Below, in pieces: positions 24,801 to 35,702 of a stretch of 64,000 bases of DNA. The notes under the pieces were generated by a model, which had not been told where the DNA came from, ran no database searches, and saw only the letters and a program-made list of their open reading frames with translations. Source of the stretch: Sphaerodactylus townsendi (Eukaryota); assembly GCF_021028975.2 (NCBI RefSeq), contig NC_059430.1, positions 38,998,001-39,062,000 on the forward strand, written 5' to 3'. Position 1 is the stretch's first letter. Every line of letters starts with the position of its first letter. Position numbers and translations under genes: made by a program.

Positions 24801-27418
24801 ATGCCACTCTTTGGGAACACTTTCAGTCCCAAGAAAACTCCACCCAGAAAATCAGCTTCACTTTCCAACCTGCACTCGGTAAGTTCTCGAATCTACATAA
24901 GGAGTGGGCAGATTTCAGCTTGATGGGATAGAGGTTTGTTTTGTTTAACCAGCATCTCAAATCTACCAGACACAGAATGGCAACTCACAGAACCTGTCAG
25001 GATTATATATCATCCACAGTGTCACTTCTCTATACTAACCCATAGCTGTTGCAGATCAGGGATTCTAAAAATGCATCAAACGAGTTACACAGATATTTGG
25101 AGGCAGGTAGCCAATTAACATTTCCATTTTGCAAATGAGAAGCACTGAGGTAGGCACTAGGACCCAAACAGAACATTCTAAGACAAGATGGTCCAGCATG
25201 TTTTACTTTGATCCTTTGGTGAGACAGAGTATGGAAGGGATGTGAACAGTCTGGTTTACCCTCCTTTGTAGGAAAAAAAAGGAAAATGCTTTAAATGTCC
25301 CCTTTCAGATCTATATTCTGGATGAGGGAAAGGTTGGACGGGTAGACAAGGGGGAGGGAATTGGAGTCAGAGCAGTAGAGGAGGAGGCCGGGGCCAGTTG
25401 GGGGGAAAGATCTCCCTCACAAATCTCACATAACTCCACTCTTGTTAACATTTGTACAGAACAGGAACATATCAATGAAGAGAATTAAGGTGGGTGAAAA
25501 TGAAATCCTTTAAACATGTTGAATCAGCTTTCTCTGTACAGCTAGATAGATCTACCCGTGAGATTGAGCTTGGCCTAGACTATGGCACTCCATCCATGAA
25601 CCTTGCTGGACAAAGCCTGAAGTTCGAGAATGGTCAGTGGATTACAGGTAAGGAAGAACAGCCATTGGCAGTAGTGTTACAGAAGCCATACTCAGAGTAA
25701 CATCCCATAACTCAGAAGACACCTCCTGGTATGACAGTAGTCCCTGAGCATCCTGACTCCCTGTTACCAGTCTTAGCTGCAACTTGGAAGAATACTTCCT
25801 CTTTCATAGGCTGATGGGTTGACTGTGCACTCAGTGGTCTCTGTCCTAGACCCGTTCACAGAGGACATGTGGCTTCCCCTTTAGTCTTTCTCTTAAATGA
25901 CCCTTGTAGGCATTGGTTGTAGTGCCTGGGCTGGTTCTGTAAGTGGCACTAACACTGTGGATTGTGTCCACTTGAGTGTTGGTGATCTATTGGGGAACCT
26001 CAGCTTCCTTTTGTTGTCCTCAGTCTCCTTCCTGAAGCTGCTATTGGCTCTTGCTCTTTAGCCTGCTGTTACCAGAGAAGGTATTTATAGGTCTCTTGGC
26101 ATGTGTTGGGATGTTTACACCTTAGCACAGGAGTAGGGAACCTGCGGCTCTCCAGATGTTCAGGAACTACAATTCCCATCAGCCCCTACCAGCATGGCCA
26201 ATTGGCCATGCTGACAGAGGCTGATGGGAATTGTAGTTCCTGAACATCTGGAGAGCCGCAGGTTCCCTACCCCTGCCTTAGCAGTATAGTTGTTTCTCTC
26301 CTGGTTTAATATACCTGTAGGGCCAAATCTAACTGCTGAGCATTTGGAAGGCTGTAGGCCAGAGGTGTCCAACTCTGCTGCTTCAGATGTTCATGGACTA
26401 TAATCCCCAGGGGCTGATGGGAATTGTTGTCCATGAACATCTAAAGCACCAGAGTTGGACATCCCTGCTGTAGACAATATGGGTTTTGCTACACAATCCA
26501 CTGTAGTGCAGGGCAATTTCTTAATACCAATCCTTTCTCCTTTGTAGAATCATTTGGGGGCACTGGAGACCGCAGAGAGACCCAGCGACTTCGCAAAAGG
26601 AACCAGCAGCTTGAGGAAGAGAACAATCTTTTGCGGCTTAAAGTGGATCTTTTGTTAGATATGGTTAGATATGGCTCTGGGTTTTTAGATATACCTCTGG
26701 TCATCTAGCAAAATTTGTTTTCATGGGTTTTCCTAATGCAGAACAGAGAAACTGAAACTGTGAGATGGAGGCCATGACATGTCTCTGGGTTCCTGGAAAT
26801 TCTGGATCTTAAATAAAACAGTAATTCTCCTCTCCTCTGTTCGCTAGCCTTCAGTTTCCCACAATGATAGTGAATGCAGTTCTGTACTACAGCATCTGGT
26901 TTGTTTTGGGATCTGTTCCACTGTTGAATTATATGGGCTGGTAAATAATCCATTCTTGTTCTTCTGAACAAATATTTGGTGAAGAAATAATGGTGGCTTT
27001 CAAATAACATTCCTAGAATTCCTTTATAAGAAGCACGGTAACGGCAAAGAAACAACTGGCTAGAAACATGCTTGTCCATCATTGTCAGTCTTCCCTTTCA
27101 ATGTGCAATCACGTATGGACAACTAGGTCCTAGAGAGTGTCCTGAATTAAGTAAGCCCCGTACAGTTTGCATTAGGTAGAATTCCTTGGCAGAAATTCCT
27201 AATGCAGAATGTGGGTATGAAATCTACATCTTCAGGAAGCTAAGATAAAGGGTTTTTTCCAGTGTGCTGTCAGCCTATCAGCACTAGCACAGCATACACC
27301 ATGTTCTCTTATTTCTGTTGCTGTCTTACATTTGCAGCTCTCTGAAACAACCGCAGAATCTCATCTGATGGAGAAGGAACTGGAGGAAGTGAAAAATTAT
27401 AGCCGGAGGAGAAAGTGA
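24801..27418 (+). CDS. CBY1: Protein chibby homolog 1 (126 aa); exons 24801-24878, 25542-25647, 26548-26663, 27338-27418
   Basis: MPLFGNTFSPKKTPPRKSASLSNLHS-LDRSTREIELGLDYGTPSMNLAGQSLKFENGQWIT-ESFGGTGDRRETQRLRKRNQQLEEENNLLRLKVDLLLDM-LSETTAESHLMEKELEEVKNYSRRRK*; canonical splice sites; RKSASLS 14-3-3 motif and C-terminal coiled coil. Confidence 0.97.
26128..26275. mobile_element. Palindromic hAT MITE family A
   Basis: Hairpin centred on TGGCCAATTGGCCA; perfect TSD CCTTAGCA. Confidence 0.85.
26360..26467. mobile_element. Related palindromic hAT MITE
   Basis: Inverted termini CAG(A/G)G(G/A)TGTCCAACTCTG; TSD CTGTAG(G/A)C. Confidence 0.75.
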
Positions 27419-27627
27419 GCAGGACATGATGGTCTCCAGGTGACGGCAGGAAGAAAACATCATGAGGATCTGGTTTAAAAAACATGGACTTCCCAGAAAT
27501 GATGGCATCACATCTGCCTAGGAAGATTACAGTATTCTGGTCTCACATCTTGCTTGCATCCCAATAGGACATGTAACCAAGGGTGAAATATTAATGAGCT
27601 CTCAGGTATAGCAAAGAAGCAGATTCG

Positions 27628-27714
27628 CAGTGCCATCCTAGGCACAGTTACATCCTTCCAAGTCCACTGAACTCAGTGAGCTTAGAAGGGTGTAACTATG
27701 CTTAGGATGTCATA
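27628..27714. repeat. ~85-bp palindromic repeat in the CBY1 3'UTR (other copies ~17193-17278, 45140-45215)
   Basis: CATCCTAGGCACAGTTACATCCTTCCAAG / CTTAGAAGGGTGTAACTATGCTTAGGATG inverted arms, recurring three times in the window. Confidence 0.75.
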
Positions 27715-28700
27715 GTATTTTACCCCATTCTTTGTGAAGGTTCTTTTTAAAGTGCACTTAACATTCTTTTGCAATGCATGTTTGTTCCAGCCAATAAAGT
27801 TTCTTGCAGATAATGTGAATTTTTGTCTCCCCTCCCCTCTATAGGGGAGAGGGGGTCTCATGCAGAGATCTTCCACACCAGTCTTTCTGAACATCTCTTT
27901 CAGATCTGTTGCTGTCTCAGTTGTGTTGTGTGCCTTTGAACTCTTTCATTTTCTTATCTGGAAATATAAGGTCTGGGCTTCACTTCCTGCCAGTGAGCTG
28001 ACTAAGGTTCAGTACTGGGGGTAAGCATCACTCTTGGATACCCTTCCTGTAGCTCTTAACTAAAGTGTGTATGAGTGAAGGAAACTAATTTGATATCTGA
28101 TTATAAATAATCTGGAAGAATTATGTGTGGCTTACTAAAGCTGCATGTTGCAAACAGTTTGCAGTCATCCTGGATGTGGCCTGAACTCTAAAGGTGACAG
28201 ACAGTGTCATAGTACCCTTGGCTATGTTATCTGTCCCATCACTATGCTGTATTGTCTCACAGGTATGGATTTAAGTCCTTCCATTTCTGTTCTTTTCCTG
28301 ATATGTAATTGATATTGCTCATTAATGGAAAATAGTTAAATAGGACTCAGATTGCCTCCTGAGTTCCAGGTGCATTTCCCTGTTGACTCTTGTTTTAGCA
28401 AAATAATCATTAGCTAATTCTTTCCCGCCAGGTGTTCAATTCTGTACCACCATCAGGCAGTTTAAAGACAGAATGTTGTTGTGCAATGGTCTGTGTGTGT
28501 TTTAAAAGGTGTTGAAGTGATTCTGTGCCCAATTGTAGGTTGTTTTATTGATTTTTCTGTTGCATGTTTTTCAAGTGATGTAATTGCCAAGAACAGGAAT
28601 GGTGTATTTCTAAACTCCATGAGTAACAAGGTATGTTTTGGACTTTGACAGATTTTATCTCCAGAAACAGGGCTGCAGCCCTAAATTTGGCATCTTTCAT

Positions 28701-28706
28701 AATAAA
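28701..28706 (+). terminator. Probable CBY1 polyadenylation signal (alternative AATAAA at 27793-27798)
   Basis: AATAAA followed by GT/T-rich downstream sequence. Confidence 0.5.
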
Positions 28707-29242
28707 ATTTCATGCGTTTTCTAAAATGTAGTGTTTTCTTTGTATAAATTTTCCAGTAATTGGGTTGTGCAACTCTTTCCCACCACCTTAGTAAAGCTCA
28801 TCATTCAGGGAAAAAAGTAAAAACAAGACAAGATGATGGGTAGGAGCTGTAATGAAATGCACCTTGCAAACTACCACATGGCATGACACCTTCAAGTCAG
28901 CTCAGCATAAGGCTAGGAGAATCCTGTGTAGCTTGAAAGGACAAATTATGAAATCATATTCCAACACCTGAACACAAGGCTGAACTTGGATCGTGAACAC
29001 ACCCTTTGGAAAGACAGTGTCTTTACTAGTTTTTGAATGAACCACATAAAGTGCCATAGAACTCATATAAAGTGCCATACGTTCTTGCCCTGGTGGCATA
29101 CCTTGTATTTAGAAGGGCATACGCAGTACCAGAGATTGCATAGTGCAACAGTCACAGTTGCGCTGTAGGGGCGTGGCTGAATGATAGAGCACCTGATATA
29201 CATATAGAAGGTCCCAGATAAAAGACAGTTTTATGTGCTTTA

Positions 29243-29480
29243 TGAAGAAGAGGAGTTTGGATTCATACCTAGCCTTTCTCTCCTGTAAAGTGTCTCACAA
29301 TGGCTTACAGACTCCCTTCCTCTCCCCACACCAGACACCTTGTGAGGCAGGTGGGGCTGAGAGAGTTCTGAAGAACTGTGACTAGCCCAAGGTCACCCAG
29401 CAGGCTTCAGGTATACGAGTGGGGAATCAAACCCAGTTCTCCAGATTAGAGTCCACTGCTCTTAAACACTACACCACACT
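29243..29480 (-). mobile_element. Sauria-type SINE (other copies ~2090-2300, 7270-7950 interrupted, 14340-14540, 18746-19020, 23990-24180, 44008-44432, 59645-59850)
   Basis: Recurring core GGTGGGGCTGAGAGAGTTCTG..CTGTGACTAGCCCAAGGTCACCCAGCAGGCTTCA with a tRNA-like head (GTGTAGTG..TAAGAGC, GGTTTGATTCCC). Confidence 0.7.
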
Positions 29481-30123
29481 GAATACTTCCTCCATCAACT
29501 GGCTAACAACCTCAAACTTTTCATGCAATAAAAGCACCAAGTGTGATGAGAAATGCTTTCTCCATTGATGTCAGACCAGTTCTCATTTGCCTTGAAAATA
29601 TAATGGTGGATATATTATAGTTCTTTGAACTGGAGTTTTGTTCAAATGCTGCATGACAAACGCAAAAATGTTTATAGCATATCTCATTCTAGTTGCATCT
29701 TCATAAAACTGTGTGCCGATTAGTGCCATCAAAGTTGTGTGGGGGTGAACTGCTGACATGGTGCCTTGCCATTAAACATTAAGCCCAATGTAAGGGCCTA
29801 TGTTGCTCTGATTGTCCAGATGTTGCATTTGTGATCTTCCTTTCTTCACTGCCTTGTGCTTCATAAGGCTTGAGTACATTGGCAAAAGAGAGCTTCTACT
29901 GACTTAGTGTCCTGCTATATATTCAGCTGGCTTCCACTTTACATAACAAAAACAAACAAGCAGATTTATTGTAAGAAATGGATGTGTGATAGTGACATAT
30001 TTCAGTTTTTAAAAGTATTCACAAGAACAAGTAGTGTTCAGAGTATAATTTGCTAATCCCTGGGACATAAAAATATATGGTCAACCATTTCTGTTGTAGT
30101 CATTTTTGCAGCTGAGCTTAGAT

Positions 30124-30307
30124 CAGCGGTTCTCAACCTGTGGGTCGCGACCCCTTTGGGGGTCGAATGACCCTTTCACAGGGGTCGCCTAAGACTCTGC
30201 ATCAGTGTTCTCCATCTGTAAAATGGATACATGTTAGGGTTGGGGGTCACCACAACATGAGGGACTGTATTAAAGGGTCACGGCATTAGGAAGGTTGAGA
30301 ACCACTG
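30124..30307 (+). mobile_element. SPIN-like non-autonomous hAT MITE
   Basis: TIRs CAGYGGTTCTCAACCT; perfect 8-bp TSD GCTTAGAT; subterminal sequence as I recall it for SPIN MITEs. Confidence 0.85.
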
Positions 30308-30388
30308 GCTTAGATCTTCATCATAACCCTGCAAGCTTGCCTGTCACCCACACTTTGTCATAGATCAACTGGTGCTTTTTCTAAATAG

Positions 30389-30759
30389 AACAAGTCTAGT
30401 GGCACCTTAAAGAATAGCAACATTTCAATATGAGATTTTGTGACTCACAGCTCACTTCAGTATGTTAATTTTCACTTATCACCTTGCTTACTGCTTGAAG
30501 CTCTGATAACCCTTTATTTATCATTAATTGTTTCAGACTTAGAGGTTGTACTTTGAAGTTTTATGATAGGATTCACAGAGTGAATCTGTATTTGAAGGAC
30601 TCACAATGGAATGAACTCTCTGCCTTAATTCCTTCTCCCCCTTGTAACTCCATAAGAATTCTTAGTTTGATTTCCATGTATACCTGAAGGAGTGAGCAGT
30701 GACTCAAGAAAGCTGATATTGAGATAAATTTTGGTCTTTTAGGTACCACCAGACTTGTT
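30389..30759. mobile_element. Old inverted pair of a second PLE-type terminal repeat with degenerate hammerhead-like motifs
   Basis: 30389-30464 is the approximate reverse complement of 30680-30759; the right arm reads CTGAAGG-A-GTGAG-cagtga-CTCAA-GAAAGCT. Confidence 0.55.
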
Positions 30760-31589
30760 TTGTTTTTCTAAACAGTCCCAAGACAGCTACCCTTTTATTC
30801 TTTTTCTGCAAGTTTCACCATTACCTCAAGTTTGAAATCCTGCAAAACTCCACTGAATTCAAATATATCTTCCACTTGAACAGCAGACTACAAAAAGCCA
30901 TCAAATGACCCTAAGCCAAAGATGTTTCCCAACTCACACAACTTCCCAATTTCATGGATGATCAGAGTTGCTGGGACCCCACTCTCCAATAGCCGTGCGT
31001 CTCATTTCCCAGTTTGGTAAGATCACTGTGGCTGCCATTTCCGCTGAAGCTGCTTCCTTTTACCCACACTTTTTTGTGAGTGCAGGTATGTCATGCATTA
31101 CAACTGTAAGAAAGAGAGAACGTGCTTTTGGTTTACAAATGAAACCAGCACCTGCATGCATATGAGAATTGAATCAAATGTTGAGCATTGTAAAGAAAAA
31201 ACAAGTGTACACCCTAGTTTATATGTGTGCTCATTGCAACTGGTTAACAGGGCTAGAGGCCATGATACCAATAGACAATTCTTGACTAGTGCTTCAGAGT
31301 GCGGGGCGGGAGATTTTTAGAGACTCGGGTGAAAGTTCCCTTTCAACCCTAAAGGCCTGGGTGCAAGCCTCCTTTCAATCGCTGCTATTCAGTCTCCTTT
31401 CTCCCATGCATGAAATGGTAATATTTCTCAGAGTCAAATGCAAGGATGGGCACGAGAGCCGTGGGCTTGAATCAACTTTCCCCCCTCTCTACCAACGTCC
31501 TTCAAAAGCTTGCACGCTGTTAGGAATCATTTTAGTTGGTCTTAACATGGAGTTCGTATTTTCCTTTGGAGCAGCACGGGATTTCTTTT

Positions 31590-31777
31590 TGCACAGCCCC
31601 AGGGGTCATGAAATCCTCGCGGGAAGCCACGGGCCTTGACACGCGTGCCATCCTTCTCCGCCATCAGATGTCGCTGCGCACCTACCGCGCCCTGACCTTT
31701 GACTGGCCTCACTTCCGGTGACGCTCTAGCCGCTGCCGGTCTCCGCTCTCGGTTGTCCCTGTTCCCTAGTTGCAGCC
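31590..31777 (+). promoter_or_regulatory. TOMM22 CpG promoter with ETS/GABP site and DR1-like nuclear-receptor element
   Basis: CACTTCCGG at 31710-31718; TGACCT-T-TGACTG at 31693-31705; CpG-rich. Confidence 0.6.
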
Positions 31778-34700
31778 ATGGCCGTGGCGACGCCTCTGAC
31801 TCCTGAAGACCTTCTGCTGCCCAAAAGTGTCTCGGGCAAGGCCGAAGAGCTGGATGAAGAGGTGACGGAAGAGGACGACGAGGAGGAGGTAGCGGCCCTC
31901 CGTCCTGCTTGTGCGGTGCTCTGCCGGGCCTCGCCATGTGCGAGAGGTCACTCCCTGGGAGCGGGCTGGCCCTGAGCCTGTGGGTGTGAATGAGGTTGGA
32001 GGGATGGGGGCGACGCCCGGGCGCTTTCTCTGGGCTGTGGGGTGTCAGGAACTGGGGCTGGAGAATGCCTGGGGGCAGTTTTGGAGGTGTGGATTGAAGG
32101 TGATGTGAGGGGCAGTGTTGGAGGTGTGGATTGGCAGTCGTCTGCAAATAGTAGGAGGAGGGAAGGCTGTTGAGGGAGCACCCATTCATCGGTCGTCTTG
32201 TGATTCTTATTGCAGCTGGATGAGACTTTGGCAGAGAGGCTTTGGGGCTTGACAGAGATGTTCCCCGAAGGGGTCCGAACTGCGGCTGGAGCGACTTTTG
32301 ACATGTCTCTTTCTGTTGCCCAGAAAATGTACAGGTGAGAAAAATGAAGGGATCCAAACCCAGTCTCCCGTTTATTCTAAGAGATCACATTAGAGCTGAG
32401 CAGAATTATGTGGCATATGTTGTTGGTGAGCATGGCAATATACCATTACTAGAGCTGCAGAATAATGACTCTGAAACCATTGTGAAGTTTTCTATCCTCC
32501 TTTATCCCAGGGACTTGGAGCAGCGGTAGTTTCCCCAAATACAAACATTTCTGTCCCCCAAAAGCTCACAAATGAGATTAATGATCTGGCTGCACCAAAG
32601 ATTGCAAAATGAATGCAGTTGTTTGTTTCATGTTTTTTTTAACTTAAAGCGCTTTGTGAAAGAAGCAATATGTGATAGTTTGTGCTCAGTGTGACTCCAT
32701 TAAGTAACCTTTATATTCTTCAGTTGATCAGACAGCAAGCTTAACAATAAAAATTTCAAAAAAAAAATTGAACATTTTAGGAAATTGAGGTTAAAAGAGA
32801 TGGGGGCTTGCTTTATTTAAAAAAAGAGAAGTAAATTTTGGGGAAATGTTGGAAATTATATCTTAGACATTTGCTTTCTGAGCTTTTTTTTTCACAACAA
32901 TTACAGTCCTCAATCATAACAAGCATATAAGAGTTGTGTTTTTTCTTACAGAAAAAGTCAACTTATTTTCAAGATTTCTCGGAGATCAGACAACTTTGTT
33001 ATAATAGAAGTCTAAATATTGACCATCGTGTAGTTTATATTTTTCCCTAAATTTATTAGTTCCTTATGGTGTGTTAGAATGGAAGATTAATGTTACTAAG
33101 CAGAAAGACTTTGAGATCGTGGCTAATAGGAAGAATTTTGATGTGCAAAGGAATGACAAAATAGCATTCACATGAAGCTGCCTTGTACAGAATTAGACCA
33201 CTGGCCTGTCAAGGTTGGTGTTGCCTGCTCTCATTGGCAGCAGCTGTCCAGAGTGCCAGGCAGAGGTATTTCACAGCTGGAGGTCCTGGGGATTAAATGT
33301 GGATTTTGTTTTGCTGAGAAAGCAAGGGCTGAAGCTGTAGTACTGGCTCTCTAAGCAACCAAGTGATGACAGGTTAGCTCCTGAGTTTTGGAAATGGCTC
33401 CTAAATCTGGTGCTATATGCAAGCATTTGAAGTGAGGTAATAGCAAAACTTTAGGGCCAATTCTTTCCATGTTAACAGTGATGGAAATCAATTGTTTTGC
33501 TTTTGTCCTGCTGTCTAAAGATTCTCCAGGGCAGCTTTGTGGATTGGGACTACCTCCTTCATGATCCTAGTCCTTCCTGTTGTTTTTGAAACGGAAAAAC
33601 TTCAGATGGAGCAGCAGCAGCAACTGCAGCAACGGCAGGTGAGAACTGCATTGTTCTCTTCTGTAGCCTGTTCATTTAGTGGTTCTTGTCCTGTTTTTGA
33701 AATTACTTCCTTCTTTGATCTCTGGAGCTTTAGCACTGTTGTTGCTTTCCGTTCCCCCATCCCATCCCCTCATCATTAACCATTGAAATGTAGTTTTATT
33801 TTTGTATGTTATTAATTAGTATGAATCCTTCTACATATGTAATGTCTCACAAAACACACCCAAATTACGTACAAATAACAATACAAATTGCACCCCAAAA
33901 CACACCCAAATTACATACTTATCAACACTTTCCCTGATGTAGACACCCCACATTACCACCATATGCACCTGTTTATATAATTGTTTATATAATTGTTTAT
34001 CTTGTTTTAGGGTAAAGTTTCTCAAGTCTTTAAATTAACACCAGGACATGCAGACTTCTGCCTAACTTTTTCTGTTCATTGCTACCTATCCAACTTTAGT
34101 TCTGGTCATACTTGTATTTTAACTATGAAATAGGACACATTTCCTCTGACTGAATTTGAGTGGATGTAGTTGAATATTTACTGTTTTCAGAGTGAGTGCA
34201 TCTGATTGCTGGATGCATTATTACATCAAAACATGCAGCCTATAACAATGTATATCCTCAAAAGAATGGCATCACCTTGTCATTGGCATGACTCTGTGAC
34301 CTTGGCTGTCTTCCGTCCTTCATTCAGTGGATCATAGCCGCATATGCCATGTTTAAGGTGTTCAGCAAAAAGTATAATTCATGGTAAAACATATATGGTC
34401 CTTGAGTATCTGACTAGAGATCACAATATTGGTACCTTAATGTTGCACAACTGGTGCCTTGTGTATCCGTGCTGACTTTTCAACTCGTCTTCTGAAGGGG
34501 AAAAAAATCCCAGCAGTGGTATAGACTGTGGGACGTTGCATTGGACAAGAGATTTTCATTGCTTGAATTACTAGAAATATTTTCACATTGGCCTTGTGTA
34601 CTAAAGCAGTCTGGGCAGAATGATAGAACAGGCAACAAAGAACAGTACTGAACGTCATCAAATGCTAGGCTTGCATTCTTCAAAAGAACTGAGACATACC

Positions 34701-34863
34701 AGTCTGAGGTGAAAATCCTTCCTAATTAAACTGTAAAGAGGCTTGTATGTGATTCTTGCATTCAGTCATGTTTTCTCATTTCTTTCAGATTTTATTGGGA
34801 CCCAACACAGGGCTGTCCGGAGGAATGCCAGGGGCCCTGCCTTCTCTTCCTGGAAAGATTTAG
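31778..34863 (+). CDS. TOMM22: Mitochondrial import receptor subunit TOM22 (140 aa); exons 31778-31888, 32216-32334, 33521-33638, 34789-34863
   Basis: Acidic N-terminus, LDETLAERLWGLTEMFPE, transmembrane ALWIGTTSFMILVLPVVFETE, QQQQLQQRQ-ILLGPNTGLSGGMPGALPSLPGKI*; phases consistent. Confidence 0.97.
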
Positions 34864-35412
34864 AGAAATTACGTTGGAGCCATATCATGAAAGGCAATCT
34901 TGGGAATTATTTGACGGAACTATCGATTGGTTAGGCTGGGGTATTTTTTCCCCATAAACCTTGGAAAATCAACCTATTCACGGTGGAGGCAGGATCCCTG
35001 TCTGGATCTCCTGAAACGGGCTATCTTCCTTCCCGCTTAGGCAGTCATGACTTTTCCATCTGCTCAGTCCCTGTTGTAAGCAACTGCAAAGATTTTAATA
35101 AGCTTGTTTTGGTATCCTTATCTCCAGGAAGCCACCTCAGGACATGTCAGATTCTGGCCAGCCAGAAATATTGTCAGTGTAAATATTCCTGTATTCCTCT
35201 CCTGCTGTATTGTAGACCTGTTTCAGAGCAGTGACAGCAAGAGTGACTGTTCCAGCACATAGAACATCCAGTAGACTCTATGCAGTAAGCTCCTACTTGA
35301 AGAAAATTACATGCCCTATAAATATTTGAAAAATGTGGGGAAGAAGGGAAAGTCATTTTTGCCAAGTCTCTGCTGAATCTATTAGTATCGAAGTCAGCTA
35401 CAGTACTTTTGT

Positions 35413-35418
35413 ATTAAA
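35413..35418 (+). terminator. Probable TOMM22 polyadenylation signal ATTAAA
   Basis: ATTAAA followed by GT-rich sequence about 550 nt after the stop codon. Confidence 0.5.
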
Positions 35419-35617
35419 TAGTTTCAGTGCAAACACGAGTGTTTTCTTTAATATTTCGTGTATTGTTTACTTCTTTACATTGGATAATGTATGTTATACC
35501 TCAGCGTGACATGTGAATGTTTAGCAGAGAATGGTGGGAGAAGTGGACTAGGATGCCTCCTGAACTAGAATAGGTGGGCAAGAAGACTTCCTTTAAAGCT
35601 TCAACTTCATACCAATG

Positions 35618-35702
35618 TTTATTTTGGCTTTACATGCATCATTACAGGACACTTCAGTGCAACAGAAAGTGACAAGACACGAAAGTTTTTTTCATTTTTA
35701 AT
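35618..35702 (-). terminator. Probable JOSD1 polyadenylation signals (ATTAAA 35702-35697, AATAAA 35623-35618)
   Basis: Hexamers on the minus strand at the end of a ~2.1-kb 3'UTR-like region with no recognisable repeats. Confidence 0.45.

Noticed and set aside
31542-32357. 271-aa minus-strand ORF
   Set aside because: Antisense to TOMM22 exons 1-2 across a GC-rich island; Pro/Ser/Arg-rich with no recognisable domain.
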